From Veleropilina oligotropha (Eukaryota), in contig JBEUKZ010000016.1 of the NCBI GenBank assembly GCA_048128005.1, forward strand, positions 310,001-374,000: a stretch of DNA of 64,000 nt, written 5' to 3'. Under the pieces are notes generated by a model. The model searched no databases. It saw only the letters and a list, made by a program, of their open reading frames with translations, and was not told the DNA's origin. The position numbers and the translations under genes were made by a program. Within the stretch, counting starts at the first letter, position 1. Each line of letters opens with the position of its first letter. This document shows, piece by piece, positions 51,301 through 60,300 of the stretch.

Positions 51301-54300
51301 CGTGTCCCTCGGTCAAATAGTGTCCGAGATATGGAGCAGAAGGGAATTTGCAACAGACAGACTCTTATATGCCTCCCCCCCCCTAAAATTCGTTTGTGGG
51401 GGCATAATAAATTTGAAAACATTCCGTTAAGGAATCACCTGTCTAGAGCGATTACAAGCTATTATGGTGGCCGTGCTGGCCATCTTGGTTGGACACACCC
51501 AAAATTTATAGGTGTCGTGTCCTCACCCCAAGCAATGCACATACCAAATTTGAAAGAATTCCATTAATTAAGAAATGACATGTCGAAGAGCGATCACAAG
51601 GAATTAGGACTTAAAATCCAAGGTGGAGCCCACAGCGGCAATCTTGGAGGTCGGATAACAAACAAAATCACTAGATGTCGTCTCCTCGCCCCAACAAATG
51701 CACATACCAAATTTGAAAGCATTTCGTTAAGAAATGGCCTGTCTAGAGCGATCACGAGGAATCTCTCGGCGGAGGCGGCAGCTGCGTAAAGTCCGCTAAA
51801 CCATAGTATCCCCGTCACTTTCGTTTCGGGGGATACAATTACATGTATAGCTATATTCGAATTTCCTACTTACCCAACCCTAAATCAAAATCTATTACAT
51901 AGGCACCCATGCTACTTGCGGTATCTGCTACAAGCTGCATGTGCACTACAAGTTTTTGCTCTTTGTTGCATTCATTGGCTTTCTTTTAAAGGCTTCCAGA
52001 AAAAACTTAAGTCAGCATTTTTTATTTGCTGATATCATCATATCACCATGGCAACAAAAAAACAATACATTTAATATGAAATTTGTCAATTTCATTATAG
52101 ATTAATTGTTCAAGTTGAAAATTGACCCCTTTCTGAAATTCCACTTGGCAACCATATCGGATCACAATATTATATCGATCACCATGAACATCATGATTAT
52201 GCATGCATGTTTGATGATATCCCATAAATTCTACTTTCTGTGATGCATTCAAGGTGCTGATTCCGCTTCGTTACATAAAATACAATCAAAAGAAAACAAA
52301 ATGAGGTTTTTAATTAAACCTAATATTAGTTAAAACATACTTACGTCCTTACTCTTAATTGCCATAATAGTCATATTATCGCCAACCGGAAACAGTGAAT
52401 AAAGTCACATTTAGGCACTTATTAAGTCAAAACGTACCACGATTACCTCCCCTGCTCCCGCTCTCTAAGTTCCCCCGGCGAGATCTCGCCAAGTCTCACG
52501 AGATATCCGAGCTCGAGATCACAAGACCTCAATTCAAAGTTCAGAACCCCAAAGGAACTTAGTAGAGGGGAGGAATGCGAAACGCAGGGTGGGTAATCGT
52601 GGTAAGTATGTTTTAACTAATATTAGGTTTAATTAAAAACCTCATATGTAGTTACAAACTTACTTACGTCCTTACTCTTGCCAGAATAACCTTGGATAGG
52701 TGGGTAAGAAGTTCCTTACAACAACCCAAACAAGATAATGACTTACTTTTCACCATTTCAATCAGCTCGAAGCGTCGATTGTGTCCGCCCAGAGTGGAAT
52801 TTACTGAGTATTATATTCTACTCTTACCCAGCGGGAATTTCGACCAGTGTTACCGGGAGAATACGCCGTGGTGTTAGTCGGACGAGGTGAAGCGGAAGTG
52901 CAGTCAGCCCCAGGCACGGCCGGAAGGATTATCCTTGTAGGTCTTACGTGTCATGGACCAGTGGCAGCCAAATGGTACTCCGGCCCGTAGGCAGGTAGCC
53001 AGAGGAAGCAGTCGGATTTGTAAGCACACGGAACCTTCGTTAGGCTGTGAGTATATCAAATCTTAAGCAAAGAATTAATAGATTATTAATAATAATCGAT
53101 ATTAATAAGTAATTCGCATGACCAACCTGCGAATAGCTAACATGAGTACAACATGTTACTTAAAATAAATTTTAAGGAATCAAATATTAAAATTTTTTCA
53201 ATGTCTTGAACATCGTATGTTCTTTGTAACAGCCTAGAACATCAATAATATTGAACCTCAGAATTCTATAAGACGTTTATGCAAAATAATTGTTTATTAA
53301 TTCAATGTGAACTGGCTTGTCAAAAAACTCAGGTACGACATGAAAGTATCAAGATCTTAAAATGTTTTTAAGAAATGAACACACATTGAATCGCCTCATA
53401 ATGTCTATTTCATAGAATAGCTAGGCATAACAATAGCATTGCATCAGCACAGATTAAGTAAATTGATAAATCAAGTAACAATACTCACTGATTAGACGAC
53501 CTCGGTCTAACAATACATCGTTGAGCAGTTACTATGTAGACTGCACAATCCATCAGCCGCATGGAATAATCCCCAGAAAAGGCTTAATAAAGACATTTTG
53601 AGAAGCAACGCTGAGATGTGTATCTGCGAAAGCACGGACCTCGTGCGCGCGGAACGATACAATAGTGCGTGCGGCCTACTTTTCACAGCGAGAGTAGTCT
53701 CTCACTACCGGTGAAAACCTCCGCGAAACAGTCGTCTACGTAATGTCGCGGATATGAGAAGGTAAATACGAATAAAATATACGTAGTTTTCCCTGCCGCG
53801 TATCACGGGTCCTGTCGAGGTAGTAACGTAGGCACGCATATGACAGGTTGATCGGTCCACATCGGGTCTCTGACCAGCGTAAAGCTTGGGGATAACGATA
53901 ACGGGTGCATCTTCGGTCGGCCGTTGATTCTTGGCGAGGGAACCCAAGATATGACGCCGCATCACCGACCCGTCGACTGGAAACGAACGTCTCGTAGCTC
54001 TGCGGATAGACTATGAAATACGGAACAACGCCTGCCCGACGCTAAGGCGATCAGAAAAATCCGTTTTGTGCGTTAAGTTCCTCATAGAGGTCAGACCCAT
54101 AGGCTAGTATGGGTAGAAGGAGAGCGTGAGAGCGATGTTTCAGGCTGGCGGCCGTATCGTACGGGTCGAAATTTCGAGTTCGAAGGATCGGAGAAAACCA
54201 AAGCGTTCGGTCGCTAGGGAGGCTAACACGGCCACGGCACTCGCGACCGTTGTCCGATAGCCTTTGACGGCGGACACTGACATACCGCGTTCAAAGAGCG

Positions 54301-57300
54301 ACGATAAAAACTCGATAAACTTGTTCACAGGGGGGCGGAGTATATTGACCTGCCGGCTGTGACACCAATACACGTACTTAACCCATCGGTAGTCATAAAC
54401 TTTAGTCGTGGAAAGCCTTCTCGATCTGCAGATGCGTAGGGCTGTTGCGCGAGAAATTCCTTTCTTAGCAAGGGATCGTTCGATAACCGCCAGGCGTGTA
54501 AACGTAAGTCGTTCGGCGATGTTGTAATACACGGCTGCGCGCCTGCATTAACCGGCCCGGTCTCTGCGGGAGCGATAACGGTCGGTCGACGATCAGATCG
54601 AGGAGGGTCGGAAACCAAGGTTGTGTGCGATATAGGGGCGCGATTAGCGTTATCTTGCAACGTTCGTTCGATGCCTTCTGTAATACCAGTGTTAGAATGC
54701 ACGACGGGGGGAAGGCATATGCGGACAGATTCTCCCATGTCATTGACAGTGCGGCGACCGCTAGGGCGGCCGGGTCCGGGTACGGGGAGACATACAGAGG
54801 TAGTCGGTAATTAAATGCTGTTGCAAACAGATTGACTTGGGGGTGTGACCACCGGCGACCAACGTCCCGAGCTACTCGGCTGTGTAGCGTCCACTCTGTG
54901 TGTTATCTGTGATTTCCGAGAGAGCGAGTCCGCTCTGACATTCAGCTTTCCGGGGATGTGTCGGGCTCGAATCGTCGAGATGAGGGACATCACTAGGCGG
55001 TGTAGGTCTATTGCTCGGTCGCAAAGGGGACGCGAGCGAGTGCCGCCCTGGTGCTGGATGTAAGCGACGACAGTCGTGTTGTCCGTGGCGAGCATTATGT
55101 GCTTGTAGCGGAGATGTGACGAGAGGGACCGTACTGACAGGTAGACGGCTTCTAACTCTAGGAAGTTGATGTGGCGTCCCTGAAGGTCCGTCGGCCATAG
55201 GCCTGAAGTCTCGTAACTGTCGAGGTGACCACCCCAGCCGTCGTTCGAAGCGTCTGTGAACAGGTAAGCGTTCGGCTCTGGCGGGGATATAGGAACCGAC
55301 TGGTCCGGCAAAGCAGGGTTCAACCACACTGCTGTTGTGCTGGTAAACCAATGCCGAAGATCGATGCGATCCGTCCACTGCCCCGTCCGTTGTATCCAGC
55401 GATCCCTGAACGCCTGTTGTAACGGTCGTTTGTCCATGCGACTCGTCGGTAGCAGGGTCGCTACCGACTCGAAGTGCCCCAGGACAGTGGCCAGTTGTCG
55501 CGCTGTAGTTATGTCCGATGACAGGGTGTCTTGGATAACCGCGCGTAGGTTCCGCATACGTTTCTGGGTCGGTTTCGCGGTGTACCGGACCGTATCGAAG
55601 TCGACTCCGAGAAACGCAAACGTCGTCGAGGGCACGAAGCCGGATTTTGTCTCGTTGATCTGAAATCCCAGGCGCTTCGTCGATGACAGGGTAAAGCTCG
55701 TAGACCGGAGGCACAGATCTCGGGACGCCCCGAGGATCAGCCAGTCGTCGAGGTAGATATGTACCCTGAGCCCTAGAGAGTGTAGGAAGGCTCCGAGGGC
55801 CTGTACTGTTCTCGTGAAGACGTACGGAGCTGACGATAGACCGAACGGTAGGCACCTGAATGGTAGATCGTCTCCCCGTGTATAAACCGAAGGTACCGAT
55901 GAGCCGTGATATGCATCGGGACATGCAGATACGCGTCGGTCAGGTCGATAGACGCTGCCCAGTCGCCCGGACGGATGGCCGCTCGTATCTTCGAGAGGGT
56001 TTCCTGCTGGAATTTCTCGGTACGAAGATATTAGTTGAGATACGAGAGATCGAAGATCGGTCGCTAGCGGCCCTCGGGTTTCGGGACCAGGAAGAAATGG
56101 CTGTATTATCCTGGTGTGCTGGGCGGCGCGGGATATATTGCTCCTTGAGGAGTAGGTCCCGCACTGCCTGGTCTAAGACCGCTTGCTTCTCTCCGTATAG
56201 GAGGCGAGCGTGTCTTGGTGGTGGTGCCTCGTTTAGGGTCGGATGCCGGTTGAACCAACGTGTATCCGGCACTCACGACGGAGGGACCCAGCTACTGTCT
56301 GGTAGTCTAGCCACGGCTGGCTGTACGCTAACAGATACGCTTCCACCGGCGGAAGCGGGCAGCTGAGACTGTCGTGTGTGCCGGCAGCCCTAGGGCCGAG
56401 GCGTCCCTCTCCCGCTCTGACGGGAGCTTGTTGGAGGTGCTTGCCTCTTCGGAGTGGGTTAATGGCCGGGGGCCTACCACCAGAAGAGGGCCATGCACGC
56501 TTGGAAGGCTTCGGGGTCTGGGTGGGCCCTGAATGCTTCCTCAAGTCGGCGGGTGGACCCCCGGGGGGTGCAGCACCGCCTACTCGATGGTACGGTCCGT
56601 CAGGTCCGCCGCTCTGTCGACGAATTCCGAGAAATCGTCGCCAAATAGAGCGGTGGCCGAGCAAGGCACGCATCGCAATGAGCGCCGGGTGGCCTCATCT
56701 AGCGAGGTGTCTTTCAGGTAAGCGTCCCTACGAAGTAGGCGTTACCCAGGACACGTCCCGTCTCCAACGCGTTGGTCTCCATAACGGCAGCAACCTCCTG
56801 GAGGAAGGACAGGGCAGCCCACGGGCGCCGGGTCCATCCACCTGTAATACGGCTATCGCCCCGTCTAGGAAAAATCCTGAACGGACGACAGCCGCAGAGC
56901 CCATCGGGCGGAGCTCTCGAAAGCTTCCAAGGCGAACCCAGGAACTCTCGCTACAGAGGGAGTGTGACTGGCGGTCAGTCAACGCAACGCTGCGTCAACA
57001 CGAGCCGGCTCAGTCGCCAGGCACGGACCAGTACATGCGAACGGGATCGAACGCGAACTGGCACGGAGGTACCTCCCACTACGGAACCCCGAAGGGTACT
57101 CGGTCAGTGGGGAGGACTCCACCGGATTGCGCCCCCGACTGAGCTTGGTTGTCGAGTCAACACCCGATCAACCAGCCCGGACTGAGGTAAGGAAGGAAGC
57201 AAGGGGGCTTCCTTCTCAACAAACCGATGCGCCGCCGTCCTGTGCTTGACCGGGCCTACATACGACCGAGTCGGTTCCGGCAGGTCAAGCACCCCGCGAA

Positions 57301-60300
57301 GTGACGCAACAGCGTCGAGTTCGGCGGGTGGTGGAGGTCGGCTCCTGCGTGCCTGGAAGACTACCAGCGTCTTCGGGCACGACCGATACAGGGAGGTCGG
57401 AGTGAGTGGAGTCGAGGTCCTCGTCGGAACGAGGTTCGATCCCCACCACGGAGGCAGGAGCCGTGCTCTGCGCCACAGGCAGAGGTGTAGGTACCTGGAG
57501 CGGCTAGGAAGCCGGTTGCCAGGCCCGACATCGGGACTCGAACTCCGCCGCGAACATAGCCTGGACGTTCTCCAAAGAGAAACCCGGAGGCATGACGGGC
57601 GTCGAACTAACAGCCGGTAGTTCGGTCGAAGTCACCGTGGCGCTAGGTAGACGGGCTGCATGGACAGGTGTAGCCGAGAACCCTTTTTTTTTAGGGTCTC
57701 AGGACACGTGTCGAGTGGTCGAACCCGAAAGAACGGCCCGGAGGCGCGTTCGGTGGGCCGGACGACCGGTAGGACTGCGGCAACAGTCCGTATCGGTCTA
57801 CCACTCTGTTCGCGAGAGGCACGGTCGGAAAACCGCCGTAGAACCCCTCACCGAACGCAGCCGGTCTGTCCACGTTCTCTAGCGTGACCATCGTGGGTGC
57901 ACGGGAGAGAACGGGCCCTCTGAAAAGCTCGTGAGCATCGAGGTTGAGCGGAAAACCCTTAGGGGTAGTCGCGTCGGTCTCGATCGAGGATTCAGGTGTC
58001 GCCGATTGTCCGGATCTTAGACCTTCGAAAAGGTGCCCGGCCTCTTTAAAGGCTTTCTCATTGGGTCGCTCCCCGTCGTTAAACGGAGAGTTTCCCGCAG
58101 AAGGACTAACTGTCCCCTTATTCTTCGAGGCCGAAGAAAAGGATGGGGAATGTCTGCCCTGTTCAGCGGTTCGCTGCGTTGCCAGATATACCTTGCTAGC
58201 CGGCAAGGTATGGTTGGCTGCAGTTACTAGGCCCGTTTTAGGAGGATCGAACAGCACTCGGGCTCCTACCTGAATCTGGGGTCCCGGCAAGGTTACGGCG
58301 ACTCCCTATCCGGCGACAGACGGCCCTTTTTTTTTTTAAGGTCGACTGTCGTCCAGCGGCCCCTGAAGTAGACAAAAAAACGTTAATTCCCTTTAACCTA
58401 CCATTTTGTCCATTCTCGGGGGAGAACCCACCGTGGTAACCGCACTGGTCGCCTTCATCGGTGGATATACGATCGCCCACTGCCTGCTGTTAAAATCTAG
58501 GCACAGTTCACATTTATAAGACTTACTGTCAGTTACGGTGAACACGGCATTCCGTGCGCCTAGAAATCCGTGAAACTTCGGGTTACACCCGGAGTTGCAC
58601 CGGACCATACTTCCCTCTCCCTGAATACACGGGAGGGTAGTCGTGGGTGGAACGGGGTAGTTAAAAGTATATAGTTGGTAGTTGTGACTATTTACTACGA
58701 CAACTCTTAAAATTGCCCTAATCTGAAGATCAAAGATTAGGCGATATACCGCAAAAACCCCCGAACTGGGAACACCGAGGCCGGGTAATTACCCGACACG
58801 ACCCGGTAAAAAACCCGGCAAATTGACTAGAACAAACGGGGGTTTTCTCTTAGAAAAAACCGCCCCGAAAAACACCTGAAAACCTCGTGGATGTTTTATG
58901 TTAGTACAATGGCGTATTATCCCAGAAACGGCAGGATATCAGAAAAACGCAAGCGTGATATCAAAACGATCCTGCCTATTAACGACGCTAGAATTTTTAT
59001 ACAATAATAACCAGCAATAGCGTCGTTAAGGAATTATCCAATATAATGAGTTACCTGTTTGCAGTCTCAAACAATATCAGATAAAATACCGACCAGAAAT
59101 TTCTTCTATTACACGAAACTTCCCCTCTGAGCGGCCATGCTTTTCCCTGCAACAGCGGCGATGTCGGTTTCACTGATTTTCAGAACTTCTCGAAGCTTTA
59201 GAATCACAATCTTCCTTATTCACTTGTGTTTATTATCCACAACACAGTGTAATTCCACAACTTATATTATTTTCATGTATATAAGTTATTTAGCGTCCTC
59301 GATTTAAACATATAAATCGTAGACATTCGAAATATTTGCGGAGCATAAACACGTCTTTCCGTCTCGGCGGAAAACTTTGAATTGAGGTCTTGTGATCTCG
59401 AGCTCGGATATCTCGCGAGACTTGGCGAGATCTCGCCGGGGGAACTTAGAGAGCGGGAGCAGGGGAGGTAATTGTGGTACGTTTTGACTTAATAAGTGCC
59501 TAAATGTGACTTTATTCACTGTTTCCGGTTGGCGATAATATGACTATTATGGCAAGAGTAAGGACGTAAGTAAGTTTGTAACTACATAGATGGTATTGTC
59601 TGTATATATCACCTACTCATTTGATAATGCAAATTTAAAATGCAGCATACAGTATTCATATTAGATAATCACTTTAGTCATATATATAAACAATTTTAAC
59701 TTGAATGGTTGCATTTGAAGCTATGATGGTAGCTGAAGTTTTCAACCAAATGCTTTTTCACATAAGAATTTGTCAGCGAAAATATGAAATTAATTTCTGC
59801 AAACAGCATGGTGACATCATAATTATATGCGACATACTTTGCAATCTTTAACATAATTAACGATTAACTAAAAGACTAATGCCTATGTCACAAATATGCC
59901 GCTCGCTGTGCGATGGGGGATAATCGTACGGCTGTCTCAGCTTCTTCAACATCGGGGAAGAATCGTAGGTTTCTGGCAAAATATGTGTCATGGTCACATT
60001 AGATACGATGCCCGTACGGACTAACACAATTTTGCGGGCGGTCAAATCGTGCGGAAATCATAAGGTGACATTACTATTCCCACAAGGTCACCTTACGATC
60101 CCCATAAGGTCACCTTACAACATCCGCATTTTGTCCAGACACCGTAATGATGTCGTGCGGATGTCCTACAAGCTACCTGCGATCTCTCGTGGAGTAAGGT
60201 GACTCTACGATATGCCTGCGGTGATTTCATGATTTTCAAAATCATACGATCTTCAAAAATTTTAAACTCCACGTTAAAAGTTGCCGATGACCCTACGATG

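Larger units (their letters stand above)
52301..59587 (-). mobile_element. Full-length, decayed DIRS1-type retrotransposon
   Basis: About 205-bp ITRs (about 52336-52541 and 59373-59573), an internal complementary region at 52602-52683, no TSD, and gag/RT/RH/MT/YR remnants on the minus strand. Confidence 0.92.
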
